Shown: positions 9,547-21,382 of the stretch, one piece after another
Position numbering within the stretch: the stretch's first letter is position 1
How the letters are laid out: each line of letters begins with the position of its first letter
Source of the DNA: Diplonema japonicum
Lineage: Eukaryota > Protista > Euglenozoa: Diplonemea
Length of the DNA: 64,000 bases
Reading direction: 5' to 3'
Assembly (NCBI GenBank): GCA_964019335.1
Contig: OZ025692.1
Location: 124,001-188,000, forward strand
Notes under the pieces: model-generated
What the model was told of the DNA's origin: nothing
Seen by the model: the letters and a program-made list of their open reading frames with translations, nothing else
Databases searched by the model: none
Position numbers and translations under genes: made by a program

Positions 9547-11073
9547 TCACACACTCTCGTTGGAGTTTTGTCCATGGGGAAGCATGTGATGGTTGCCGGG
9601 GCCAGGCGGGTATTGCCCCTGTGGGGGATACTGGCCTGGAGCGCCTTGAGGTGGGTACTGCCCGTGTGGGGGGTGTTGACCCTGTGGAGGGCCTTGGGGA
9701 GGGTACTGTCCCTGTGGAGGGCCTTGAGGTGGGTACTGTCCGTGTGGGGGATATTGACCCTGTGGAGGGCCTTGAGCTGGGTACTGCCCATGTGGGGGGT
9801 GTTGTCCCTGAGGAGGGCCTTGGGGAGGGTACTGCCCTTGTGGAGGGCCTTGAGGCGGGTACTGCCCTTGGGGAGGGAACTGGTTTGGGGCTCCTTGTGG
9901 AGGCGGGAATGCACCTTGCTGCGCGTAGGGTGCGGCTATACCCTGGAGGAAAACCGGGACGGGAGGCTGGTAGTCATATGCCGGGGGAGCATCACGGGGA
10001 GCGGCACGGGATTTAGAGACAGGGCCGAAGAAGGAGAAGACGGCATTGAGATCTACTGGCTTGGTCGAGGACAACTGCGGGATCTGAGTGTACCTCTTTT
10101 TCTTTAGGTCCTGGCGCATCTGCTCCAGGAGGTCGACAAAGCGAAGGTTACTCTGCCCCAGCAGAACTGCGGAGAACGAGTTTGTGCAGGCACCCCCTGC
10201 GCCTTGCGGGCCAGACACATCGGCACTGGTCTGCGAATCGGCACATCCCGAGAACATGATAACGTCAGCACCCTGTCCATCACTGTTCCCAGCCATGGAG
10301 TGGTGCGTGAGGGGGGCATCGTCATCGTCATCATCGTCGTCATCATAGTACTTGTTTTTCTTGTCCTTTTTGTCCTTCTTCTCCTTTTTCTCTTTCTTTT
10401 CTTTTTTTCCCTTCTTTTCTTTTTTGGCTTTCTTCTCCTTTTTCATTTTTTTTCCACGGCCGATCCCGTACATGGCCATCGATCCGGGGTCCGAAAGCGC
10501 ACTTCTCATGGAGCCTCCGTCGGCTTTGAACTCGAAGGGGAGGTCCATTGCTGTGCCGCTGTGGCAGCAGTCCATGATGGCGGTCATGCGGACGCCTGAA
10601 GGGAGGGGGGTCACGAGGAGCTTGTAGATTTCGTCATCAGTGATTTGTCCTGCGGATGCATAGTCAACAGGGCAGATTGTCTCGTCGTAGCCGTCTTGCT
10701 CATCACCATCATGGTCTCGCTGCTGACCGCCGTGGCCAGAGTAGTGAAGGAACAATGTATCACCTGGCCTGTTGTTGGAAGAAAGCCACTTAAAGCTCTG
10801 CAAGATTTCCTTCTTCGTGGGGTGTTTCGCCCCTCTGAATTCTCCCTTTTGTTCGTCCACCAGAACCACCTCTTGGTAGGACCCATTACTTATCCCCTTT
10901 GCCTTGAGCACTTTCTGGATTGTCTTTACATCGTTAACACACCCCCTCAACTGCCCGTTTTGTCCAACATAGTTTATCCCGATAAACAACGCTTTCACAT
11001 TTCCTGTCGCCCTCTCTCCATAGCCCTGCCCTGGAGCCCCGTTGTTCGAGTAGCCTCCTCTGTGGGGCTGCAT
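9547..11073 (-). CDS. Metacaspase with C-terminal Pro/Gln/Gly/Tyr repeat (trypanosomatid MCA5-like layout)
   Basis: KALFIGINY, LRGCVND, HYSGHG, DCCHSG, FSGCADSQTSAD and QIPQLSS. True ATG is probably 11073 (MQPHRGG); the upstream extension in the ORF track is a poly-T tract. Confidence 0.92.
   Translation of the reverse strand: MQPHRGGYSNNGAPGQGYGERATGNVKALFIGINYVGQNGQLRGCVNDVKTIQKVLKAKGISNGSYQEVVLVDEQKGEFRGAKHPTKKEILQSFKWLSSNNRPGDTLFLHYSGHGGQQRDHDGDEQDGYDETICPVDYASAGQITDDEIYKLLVTPLPSGVRMTAIMDCCHSGTAMDLPFEFKADGGSMRSALSDPGSMAMYGIGRGKKMKKEKKAKKEKKGKKEKKEKKEKKDKKDKKNKYYDDDDDDDDDAPLTHHSMAGNSDGQGADVIMFSGCADSQTSADVSGPQGAGGACTNSFSAVLLGQSNLRFVDLLEQMRQDLKKKRYTQIPQLSSTKPVDLNAVFSFFGPVSKSRAAPRDAPPAYDYQPPVPVFLQGIAAPYAQQGAFPPPQGAPNQFPPQGQYPPQGPPQGQYPPQGPPQGQHPPHGQYPAQGPPQGQYPPHGQYPPQGPPQGQYPPQGPPQGQHPPHGQYPPQGAPGQYPPQGQYPPGPGNHHMLPHGQNSNESV
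9600..9885 (-). repeat. Coding tandem repeat (PPQGQY/PPHGQY units, ~15/30-nt period)
   Basis: Repeated ccctgtggagggcctt and gggtactg units visible in the sequence. Confidence 0.85.
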
Positions 11074-11190
11074 GTATTTGTTGTTATATTTTTTACGTTT
11101 CTGAATGGGGGGGGTGGGGGATAAACGAGCCAAAAAAAAAAAAAAAAAAAAAAAAAACAGAAAGAGAAAGAGAATGAAAATAAGAAAGAG

Positions 11191-11222
<32 letters not shown>

Positions 11223-12628
11223 GAAAAAAAGATAAAGGAAGTTCCATGTTTTGGAATGTCTCCAGGTATCTACCCCATTCCCCCCTTTGGCTCACCGCCG
11301 GGATTCTTTCCAGCGGAGGTCGTAGAACTTTCGTGTCTTTTTCGGCACCATTGCTAGGTCACCCTTCTTCCCCGTGATTGCCTCGACCTTCGGCGTGCTC
11401 TTGAAGGTAGTACGGATTCTATAGAGGTGACTGTCGTCTTCCTCAGTCCGTCGTACCACTTCAGCTTTTTGAGCACTGGGTTTGCAAATAAAAGACAAAA
11501 GGTGGGGGGAGAGGGAGAAGGTATGTGCTGTCGCCCCCATTTCACCCTTCACTTCCCCCTTTGTTATGGTATGTTGGTACTCCCTTTAAGGGGGAAGGGG
11601 GTAAAGAGGAGAATGGAGTTGTGACAAGCAACGTGAAAGGGGGGGGGGGGTAAATTAGACATTTTCTTAGGTTCGTGTTTTCTCACTTTTCACCAGTCCT
11701 GCGGTTTCACCTCACAAAAAAAAAAAAAAGAGAGACTATTTAAGGGTGCCTGCAGTAGTGGCAGGGCGCCCTGCACAAGTATCGTCTACTTGATTACAGG
11801 GGGCGCACCTCGGCCTAGTTGTAGCTTCTTCTGCGTTCCGCGTCGTGTCCTTAATGCGTGCGGTGTGCAACTCAACCCCAGCCATGGTGCCCCTGGTAAC
11901 CAAGATTCTGAGCCCGTGCAGTTTGCTGCCTGTTCGTCACCCTGAGCATCTGCGATACGTTCTTCACTCGGGCGCTACCGGTGATGACCGACGTGGAGGT
12001 CAACAGCTAACAACACATCTGATGTGCTTCTTTATATTTCCATATTTCTGTGTTATCCTCACCACCCAAAAAAGGAAATAGAAACAAAGATTTCTGAGAG
12101 GACGTTGGAGTGGGTAAGTAAAAAGGTGGGCCTCACTTCTCTTTTTCTTTCTTTTCTTTTTTTTTAAAAACTCCCGGATAAACTTTTTTTTTGGGGGGGG
12201 GAAGAAAAAGGAAGCGTATTAACGGTTAATTCCGGGGGAAGGGGAAGAAGGCCGAACCATGGATAAAGAAGAAAAAAAAAAAAAAGGAAACCACCTACAT
12301 CAACACCTGGGCGATCGTGTCTCGTGACACGAGCATGGTCCTTGCCAAGCCTGCAAACACTGCAGGGGGGAGTAGGACTTTCAACGTTCAAGGACTTTCA
12401 ACTAGATCTTTTTTTTTTTTTCTCCTCTTTTCTTTTTTCTCCTTTTTCCGATGTGACTTTTCTTTTTTTTTTTTTCTCCTTTTACAGTAAAACAGAAACA
12501 AAGAAAACTGAACAGGCGATACCTAACATAACTTTTGAAAAACAAATATATATATCACACATAAAGAAAAGGGAGCAAAAATCTTTTTTCTTCTTTTTTT
12601 TCTTTTCTTTCTCGTATTTTTTTTTCCT

Positions 12629-14118
12629 TCATAACGTTTGTACAGCTTCCAACCCACCGGAGTCTTCCTTCAAATTCTCGCCTGACCCGGACCGGAAAAA
12701 CGCAAACCGGAGTTTCTCTGTGATCCGGTGGGTTAAGGTGGGTATTGGCGGCGACCTGCTTTTTTTTTTTTTTTTTTTTTAAATCCAAACCTATCAACAT
12801 TTTCTTGCATCATGGCAGCAGGTAACCTCACAGGCCTGTCATAACCACGACCTTTGCCCTCCACAGAGTCTCTGCCAAAACCGGTGCACCCAAGTGTCGG
12901 CGCCGTAGGAGTTGTAGGCAAGGCATACTTCCTATTTCCAATATCATGATGCTCATAGTACACCAGAGCTCTGAAGGGATCAACAACATCGTGCCCGGGG
13001 TGGTTGTAAGGGGTGATTCTCTTTGAAGGATTATGCGTGTTTTTACTGTTTCTTTTCAACGCTTCCTGCACAGCACGCGCTTTGATAAAATTGTCGGGGT
13101 CGGAGTCCGATAGAACACCGTCGTTGTTCACCATCTTGCTCTTCTTTTTCAAAATTTCAGGATCGGCCACAATCGGGATCAACGGCGGGTTCTGATTCCG
13201 TATCAGCGTGAAGTTAACAGATTTGAACCATTTGTGAGCTTTTATTTCGGCGGCATCGGATGTCGATCCAAGCCGAAGTTTTGCGGTTGGGTTCAGAAGG
13301 CCCTTTATAAGCGCTTTGCAAGAGTCTGATACAACAGGTCTTGAAGGGAAGTGAAGCGGCCCGCTAGCTTGCGTTATTTTCTTAAACGTATCGTCTTGAG
13401 TTGTTCCTTTAAAGGGTGTTGTACCATATAACATTTCGTAGATTAGAATGCCGAAACCCCACCAGTCGACGGCGAAGTTGTGTCCTACATCTTTTATAAC
13501 CTCCGGAGCGATGTACTCTGCGGTGCCCACGAAGGACGAGAAATTTTCATCGGAAGGGGGAGTTGTTGCTACTTGGCTTCCCTTCATTTTCGCGGTGGCT
13601 TTGGACACAACAATTTTTGGTTCTGAGGTTGTTTTTTTCGAGAGGTCGAAGTCCGTGAGCATTAGGTGCCCCTCACAGTTCATTAAAATATTCTCTGGTT
13701 TCATATCCCGGTATACAAATCCGTTGAGGTGCAGGTATTCCAAGGCAAGAAGAACTTCCGCAGCGTAGAATCTGGCAGCGTCCTCTGTTAGTTTGCTGCC
13801 TTTTTGTTTTTGCAGGAACCTGAAGAATTCCCCTCCAGGACAGTACTCCATTACGAAATACAGTTTTGTGCAGCTTTGAAAGCACCAATACAGCCTGGCC
13901 ATGAACGGGTGATCGTGGCCGCATAACACCTCCCATTCCGTTGTCAGGCGGTGTAGTTTCTTTCTGCGCAGTATCTCTTCCTTTTGTATCACCTTCATTG
14001 CGTAGAAGCCCCCCATCTCCCTGTGCTCTACCAAATAGACGTGACCGACATCACCCTTTCCAAGGAGGTGAATCACGCGGAAATCTGTTGCCTTTGCCTG
14101 TGTACGTTTTTTCTCCAT
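12629..14118 (-). CDS. AGC-group Ser/Thr kinase (phototropin/Fpk1/Nrc-2-like catalytic domain)
   Basis: GKGDVG, YAMK, VYRDMKPENIL, LTDFDLS and SFVGTAEYIAPE. Proposed 35-nt intron 12756-12790 gives the C-terminus ...DRSPPIPTLTHRITEKLRFAFF...VQTL* (stop 12629). Confidence 0.9.
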
Positions 14119-14866
14119 TTTTTTTTTCCCCTCCCTCTCTTCTTCTTCTTCTTTTTTATTTATTTATTTCTTTTTTATCGCATCACGATTTCTTTTTTTT
14201 TTTTTTTTTTTTTGCTGAGGGGGGGTTTTTTTTTTCCTTTTCTGGGAAATAATAATTTTAAAAAAAAAAATGCGGCGAGCCATGCGAGACGCGGGGGGTG
14301 GGGGTGGGTGGTACGATGGTGGAAAACATTAGGGAAAGAAAAAAAAAGGGGGGGGAGAGAAAAGAAATGAACGGACAAAATAATTCTTAAAAAAAAAGGA
14401 GATAAAAAAAAGAACTCAAAGTACAGGACAAGCCCCCCGCTAGAGGACCGCCCTATGGGTGGGGGGGGTCTAAAGTAAAGAAAAAAAAGATGAATCCAGA
14501 TTTTAAGTGTATGCCTTTGCCCCACACTCCACCCCCCCCCCCCCCGATCTTAGTGCGACCATCACAGTTGGCCAAGTGTTCCTTAAGTACACTGGGGTGG
14601 GGGTGTCTGAGATAAACGACACATTGGAGTGAGCTTCTAACCCCTATGCGGCCCCACCTCTCAGTCATGGCGTAGTGCCGAAGCCACACAATCCATGTTA
14701 CCACAGTTTAGAGAGGTTAGATTGTGCCTAGGTGGCAGCCGGTCAAGGTTTGTCTTATTTTTGCATTTGTTCATTTTTTTTACAACAGGCTACCCCCCCC
14801 CCCCCCCCCCCCCACTTAACAAAAATAACTTTGCCCCCTCCCTTTCTTTTTTATGACTACAAAAAA

Positions 14867-14909
14867 AAAGTGTTATTGAAGATAAACCTGCAGGATGTGA
14901 CAGGATCGC
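14867..14909. repeat. Dispersed ~60-bp motif, copy 1 (most diverged)
   Basis: ttgaagataaacctgcaggatgtgacaggatcgc matches the copies at ~31655 and ~50859. Confidence 0.75.
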
Positions 14910-15163
14910 ATGAAAATGGACAACAAAGGTGTTTTTTTTTTTATTTTTCTGGTCCCTCCTCCTTTTTTTTTTTTATTATCCTTCATAAAAGTTTATAAAA
15001 AAAAAAAAAGATAAATTGTTAGATAGGACGGTACCACCACCCATTCCTCTCTCTCTTTCTCTCTCTCCCCCCTTTTTTTTTTCCACACTTCCCATTTGAC
15101 CACCAATTTCTTTTCTTTTTTTTTATATTTATATTTTTGGGAATCGAAATTCCCTACACCTCC

Positions 15164-16941
15164 TTACACCAACGCGAAGAAGTTATTAAGGGCAGTAATA
15201 GTCTGTGTGTGGATTTCTTCCCCCCCCCCTCTCGGGCAACTTCCCATACCTGCATAAGGACAACCGCAACACCGATTCTCAAGCACACAACGCTACAAGA
15301 CATTGTAATAATCGTGCTGAAGAACGGCGTCACAACAGAAGTTTCGGCAGCCTTCTCGGTGGCTTCGGGGAGCAGCGTCAACACAATGGGGAGTTTCACA
15401 AGCCCGGACTTCTTACAACACCTGAATAAAAGGTACACGCTGAGCAAGATGTCAACCGCAGTAAACCAATCCCCGGCTTTGATGAAATCCATAAACAGAA
15501 AAAGCTCACAGGTCAAAACTGCAACGTAGTGGTCAGATGTGACGCACCACACCTTCACGAGAACCCACAATACAAATTCAAACGACTTAGAAATTTCCAA
15601 AAGATTGAGCGGTTTTCCGTAGGGAAGCAGCCTGACGGTACTCATGACTGCAGCTAACGTTGCCACCATAAACAGATACAGTAAAACCGACACAGCACGA
15701 ACATCTGAGCTGTCGTCTCTTTGCAACAGGGCATGGCTGTTCGTCTCCGGAACCTCGGCTTTCCTAATTTGCTTTAATCGCTTCCGGTCGTCGATAGGAG
15801 CTTCTACATGTACCGCGGGCGTTACAACTTTCATGAAACGAAGAACATTAATAGGGATAACAGAGTAATCTGTCTGAAGCTCTGTTGGGAGCAGCGACGT
15901 ATCGTGTCGTACAAAGGAAAATATCGTTGCAAAGTCGCGCGGGTCCCAGAACGCCGGTGTGCACGCAGCGGATACCCCGGAACTGTTTAGTTTCATTGCT
16001 GTGGCGTATTTCAAGCATGAGGCACCGGCTTCTTCTAACGCCGTTTTTACGATTTGAAACGAATCGTCGATGATACATGTTACAAGCCCGCATTCGTCAG
16101 CGTCGAAGGCGTCCGTTGCAGCCATCGTGATGACCTCTTTGAGGAGGTTCTGGTCGCCGGAACAATTGCAGCAAAACAAAATCTGATACTTAATCTTCGC
16201 CTTCCCCCCCACAACGAACATCGGCGCTGTAAGATTCTGATCCCACCTCGACACCGTAGCCCACTCCTCATCCGATCTCATAATAATTGTATCCACATAC
16301 GACGCGTTTCCAGCTATCTCTGTTAAATCCTCAGGACACAACATTTGGTTCTTGAAGATCTCATTCATGAACGGGATGATGGCGGGGTCGGACTTCATGC
16401 GTACGATTTTCAAAGACCCGTGCTTAGGGTACACCTTTGTCCCTAGGTCTTTCTGGATAGACCCGCTCCACGTGTACATCCTGCAAGATCCTATCATGCA
16501 AAGCCCGTTTTCAAGGAGCATTTCGAGAGTCACGTTTGTGAGTTTGCCGTTGGTGCAGCATGTTGCGTATTCACCGTCTAAGAGGCTTCTCCATGAGTGG
16601 ATGGACTCGCCTTTGATCGCTAGCTGTAGAGCTTGTTTGTCGTCTGGGCTGACCATCCCGTCCATGAGGTACGCGACGTTGATGTACTCGTCTTTGAACT
16701 TTACCCTTTTCAGGCCCCATCCGCAGCATGCGACTGGGACTGAGGTGCTGCCGACCTCTCTCACAAGCATGAGCGCTCTCCATTCTTTGTACTTTTGCAG
16801 CCTTTCCTTGTAGCCGCTCCTCTGGCTGTGGCCGAGAACCGCGTACCCCGCCACGCCCATGTCAGTATCTTTCCTCCACCTTCTCACCACCTGGTCGTCT
16901 GCCGGCCGTAATGGCCGAGCACTATAGCCAGATAGGCCCAT
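15164..16941 (-). CDS. Hypothetical protein with a possible GNAT-like N-terminal region and multi-TM C-terminus
   Basis: 595-aa ORF. VACCGWGLKRVKF..INVAYLMDGMVSP resembles a GNAT strand/motif A. Hydrophobic C-terminus. Probable intron 15203-15249 gives ...MQTITALNNFFALV*. Confidence 0.65.
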
Positions 16942-18002
16942 TACTGGTCAATGGCGTTCATTCGGCATTTTTTGAGGGGGGGGAGAAGAACACGCAAACC
17001 CTTTTTTTTTTTTTTTTTTTTTTTTTTGTGGAGATTAATCTTTTTTTTTTCCCCCGGACTTTCTGATTTTTGATGACTTCTCTTTTTCGTGGGGGGTGAG
17101 CGAGAAAATGAGGAACCCCAAGGAGGGGAGAAGAGATGGTGAAGAAAGCGACGGAGGGCAAACGCATCGCTGACGCCAGATAAAGTAGATATCTTAGTCT
17201 GACGAAACCCCGCAAAAAAATGATATCTGAAATGCGGCTCATCTGTCATACCACGTGGTACTTGAAAGCGCAACAAGAACAAAGAAGAGAACAAAAAGCA
17301 AAGTTGCCTCAAGAAATCATCATTAAATCAAACAACACAAACGAGACAACGGAAACAGTGGCACCAGCCACAACGACATGGCAGTGAGGCCAAAGTTCTT
17401 GAAATTCTTAATTGGTGCAATTGCAAAAATTAAAGCCGCTCGTGTGCATAGGCTACAAATAATCATTAGATGGGATGGCTTGGTCAATCAATCTTCGGGA
17501 AGCTGGTGTTCCAATATGTACCATACTGAACACCAGAAGTACTGCAGAAAATAGGGAACCCACCCCTGGTTGTAAACTATTTTCAAAATTTTCCTGTTAA
17601 CCGCAAAAGGATATTATAAGAGTTAAAGGGGCCCTGCAAAAAAGAGTAGTAGCTTCATATTTTAGAAACCTGTACGGTACAGAAGAAAAAGGTAATAAAA
17701 CAGTTTTTTTTTTCTTTTTCCTTTCTTAATCAGTGTAGAACAAATATAAAGGAGGAAGGGGGTGGCAAGGATAAAAGAAAAGAAAAAAAAAAAAGAACAG
17801 AAGAGAACCAGTTTGTGAGGAAAAAAAAAAGGGGGGAAGGGGATAATAAAAAACTTTTTCTTTTCCAAATGTGGGGGAAAGGCTAGGACAAAAAATCTTT
17901 TTTCTTTTTTAAAAAACACTTTTCTTTTTTTTTCTTCTTTTCTCTCCTTTCTTCCCCCCCCCAAAAAAAAACACTTGGAGGTACCTATCCCCCTTTTTTT
18001 CC

Positions 18003-19272
18003 TTAATTTTTCGTCTTCAACTCAGAGTATTCCGGATGCAGAGCGATAATCTTGTCAGCCAAAGCCGAGACGCTGTTGCAAGCGGTGCTGATCTGCTGGT
18101 CCCATTTGTTGAAAACAGTCGCATCGTCTGTGAAGACAAGCATACCCCCCGGCTGGTCGATCTGTTGGGAAAAAAAATTTTTTTTTTTTTGTAAAAAAAA
18201 AAATACGTACCAACCCATTCAACCTGCCTTCCGAAATCATTTTCGCAGCTACCCGTTGTGCCTTGTCTTCAGGGATGTCAAGCAGCGAGCCGAGCTCTTT
18301 GAAGTTGATATTGTAATAAAGCCTCGATGCCGAGCGTAGGTTGTGCTGCATCACAGCCCGTTCCAGCACAGTGTACCCATCTGCAGTAATGGCTTCATGG
18401 TGGGGGAGTAGGTGTCCTTTCACTTCCTCGACATCAGAAGGTCGAAGCACCCGATCAAGGAACATTTTTTGAAGGATTCGGTAGAGTTCGTTGAGGTCTT
18501 GCGTGCGCTCGTCCTTGTAGAGGGTGGCGAGGAGGCGAGAACGCTGCGGCCCTGCATCAGACAGCATGACGCAAACGATGGCTTGTTTGAGGGCGTAGCC
18601 CTGCTCGTCACCTTGTACCAAGTGGGAGAGCTCGTAGTACTTTCGTGCAGCATCGAAAAATTTCCGTTTGCCGTCGTGCACCCTTGCGAAGCATGCGTTG
18701 AACTGGAGTTGAATGTACTGGTCCATATCGGCCCGCATCATAGGCCACGCCTTGTTGATCCAGGTCTCTGCTTGGTAGTAGTTTTCGTCTTCAACGTACA
18801 GTCGCGAAATGCGGATGAAGAGCTGCACCTTGAAACTATCGCCCTTCTCCGTGACGGTTACCGTGTCCAGTGGGATGCGTTTCAATACCTCGGCGGCTCT
18901 GCCCCATTCTTTACAGTCTTGGAACACCCATGACAGGCAGTCCCTGATTAGCAGGGACTGTTCGTGGAAGCTGCTGAGCCTCGAGGATAGTGACTCGAGG
19001 GCGGCGGTGCCCAGTTGGATCATATCGTCGTGAGTGAGCTGTGGGTCTTCATTCTCGACTCCCCGTGACTCGGGTATGTCTAGAGCGAGGCCCGCCCACT
19101 CTGCCAGAACGGGGCGGGATATGCTGAGAGGCACCTCGTCGTCGGCGATGTGCGGCACCAGTTCGCCTAGTGCCGTGATGTCCTTCGCGGCCACCTTCTC
19201 CTTCACCCATTGCTTGTACAGTTCAATCCTCTCGCTTGCCGCATGTGCACCTATCTCTGACAGAGATGGCAT
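18003..19272 (-). CDS. CSN4: COP9 signalosome subunit 4
   Basis: ARVHDGKRKFFDAARKYYELS, AGPQRSRLLATLYKDER, LERAVMQHNL..ASRLYYNINF.ELG.LL and a PCI domain. Intron 18162-18210 restores GRLNGL-IDQ...WDQQI. Confidence 0.93.
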
Positions 19273-19540
19273 TTTCTTTCCGTGTATGTTTTGTGTTTTC
19301 CTTCTTTTTTTTTTTTTTTTTCTTTCCCGAAAACAAGCTCAGATATGTTCCTTTTCTTTTTTTTTTTAAAAAGGAATCGTGATTTCTTTTTGACTCAAAA
19401 CAACGTCGTTGCAGGTATATGGCAGAAGAGTATTTAAAAAAAAAAAAAAAGGGAAAAATAAAAAACACAGTAAAAAATAAAAAGGAACACAAGGGTTAAA
19501 ATAAGAGCGAGCGGAGAACAGAATGGGGGGTGGGGGGTGG

Positions 19541-19809
19541 GGGGTCATAAGGGGGTCGTTTTTTTTTTTTTTTTTTTTTTTTACTTTTGCCGTTTTTCAG
19601 TTTTTTCGCGAAGGGCATTTTGGGCCCTTAAAAAAACTCCAACCACCCCCAAAAGTGAACAAACCAGCGTGTCCAAAGCAGGCGTATGTCTTGAATGATT
19701 AAGCATGGAATGTGGTTAGAGTTTCTTTTAAGGGTCCAAAATTGCCTTTAGCGAAAAAACTGAAAAACGGCAAAAAAAAAGTGGCCCTTTTTAAGGACCA
19801 TATGACCCC
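19541..19809. mobile_element. MITE-like element with long imperfect inverted repeats
   Basis: 19585-19646 (ttttgccgtttttcagttttttcgc...caaccac) is nearly the reverse complement of 19712-19775. Outer ends GGGGTCATA and TATGACCCC are also inverted. Confidence 0.75.
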
Positions 19810-19830
19810 CCCCCCCCCCCCCCCCCCCCC

Positions 19831-20004
19831 CTAGGGCAATGCTGGCAAGGAAACGCGTTTTCATTCGAAAACGAAAATCGTTTCCTTACTTTGGGGCCAT
19901 TTCTTTAAGAACGGACACGTTTCCTCTGAAAAGGAAACGATTTTTCCTTAAGCATCTGAAAAATAAGGAAACAATTCCCCGTTTTCTTGCCAGCATAGCC
20001 CTAG
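19831..20004. mobile_element. 174-bp MITE with 25-bp terminal inverted repeats
   Basis: CTAGGGCAATGCTGGCAAGGAAACG ... CGTTTTCTTGCCAGCATAGCCCTAG (2 mismatches). TA or CTAG is a possible target duplication. Internal AAGGAAAC/GTTTCCT repeats. Confidence 0.85.
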
Positions 20005-20506
20005 GGAGGAGCAGGGAAGGGGAAACCTTTAAAAGGGAAGTGCACACAACGCACACTATTTTTTTTTTTTCTTTCTTTCTTCAAAGGGGGGATTTTTTTT
20101 TTTTTTTTTTCCCTTTTCGTCTTAAATGGGAAGATAATAATAATAAAAAAAAAGAAACAAAAAAAAAACACTTATCTGTTCTCGCACCCCTCCCCCCAGC
20201 CCTACTAGTCGTCATCAGAATATGCATGGGAGGGGAAAAAGGGGGGGACCCTTTTTTTTTGCTTTAAGAAAAGCGCTCCATTAGTGTGTGGTGTGTTGCG
20301 TGCATCAAAGTGCGCGAAACCCGTTTTTCCTTTCCCCCTCCCTCCTTCTCTTTCCGAATATGTTCATTAAAAAAAAAAAAACCAGGGCGCGGGTATGGGA
20401 AAAAAAAAAAAAAAAAAAAAAAAAACAATGGAGCCCAAAAAAAAAAAAAGATTTTTTTCCCTCCTTTCCCCTTCCTAATATCCCCCCAAAAAAAAAAACA
20501 ACCTGT

Positions 20507-20560
20507 TTATTCACCCTCTTTCTTACTAGATCTGTACTCGTAATCCTCGTACAACTGTGC

Positions 20561-20601
<41 letters not shown>

Positions 20602-21235
20602 ATTATTGCACACCTTCTTCTTCTCGTCCTCTGTGAAGGGCTCAGTCACTTTGAAGACCCTGTAGAAGTCCTCCTCACCTTTGATCGTTCTCACAATGTT
20701 GGCCAGGGCAGAGCAGGCGAAATCCCTCATAGGTTCGCACTCAAGGTACTGCGAAGCCTTAAGCATAAGGAAAGCATTGTCGTTCTTAGACATATCACCA
20801 TCCACCAACATGTGGTTTGCGTAGAAGTCGTAGTCCCACTCAGAGAGAGACTCCTTGAGGTCCATTCTGAGGGGCTTGTCCACGCTCAGAGTAGGGGGCC
20901 AGTCATCATTGTGGTGCCCAATGTAAATGCTGATCTTTTCCACGATTTCGCTGCGAATCTCGAAAAGAGGTACCTTCACCTCACCCTTGTAGTGGAACAG
21001 TGGTATTTTCTTTCTTTTTGTACACACCTTCGACTTTGAAATCAGCTGCGAAAGAACATTGCACTTCACCGCAATGCCCGAAGGCATCACCACGGCCACA
21101 CCGTCCGAGCACTCCAACACAATGTTTTTAGAGAAATCCACCTGAAAAGAAAAAAAGATTTTTTTTAAACTTACGCCCGCATACCGTTGGGTAGTTGTCC
21201 GCAATAGGCATCTTCGTCACATTTGAATCGCTCAT
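20507..21235 (-). CDS. SKP1-like protein (divergent)
   Basis: IVLECSDG, SEIVEKISIY..HH, LSEWDYDF, LKASQYLEC..M.DFAC.ALANIV and F.VTEPFTEDE. Introns 21142-21184 and 20555-20613 are inferred; the last exon is less certain. Confidence 0.8.
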
Positions 21236-21382
21236 TTTCCCCCCTTCTTTCCTACCGGAGTTATGGTTCAAGGGCAAATTCCCACTTTGAGTACAAATAG
21301 GGATTAAATATATATGAGTTAAAGGAAGTCTTTGTGAGACGCCCCGCGCATGATAATGCACAGCCTTTATCCCCCCCTTTCT

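Noticed and set aside
9600-9885. Regular repeats as a possible CRISPR array (also 53660-53900)
   Set aside because: They are in-frame coding repeats with no unique spacers, in a eukaryotic context.
11074-11295. Phe-rich or Lys-rich N-terminal extensions on metacaspase, the 26424 gene, carboxylesterase and RPL35 in the ORF track
   Set aside because: These are upstream homopolymer or acceptor regions; downstream ATGs fit the families better.
17290-17660. Complex non-coding islands (also 14545-14750 and 28850-29140) as snoRNA or transposase relics
   Set aside because: I could not support any paired C/D boxes, TIRs or recognisable protein motifs by eye.
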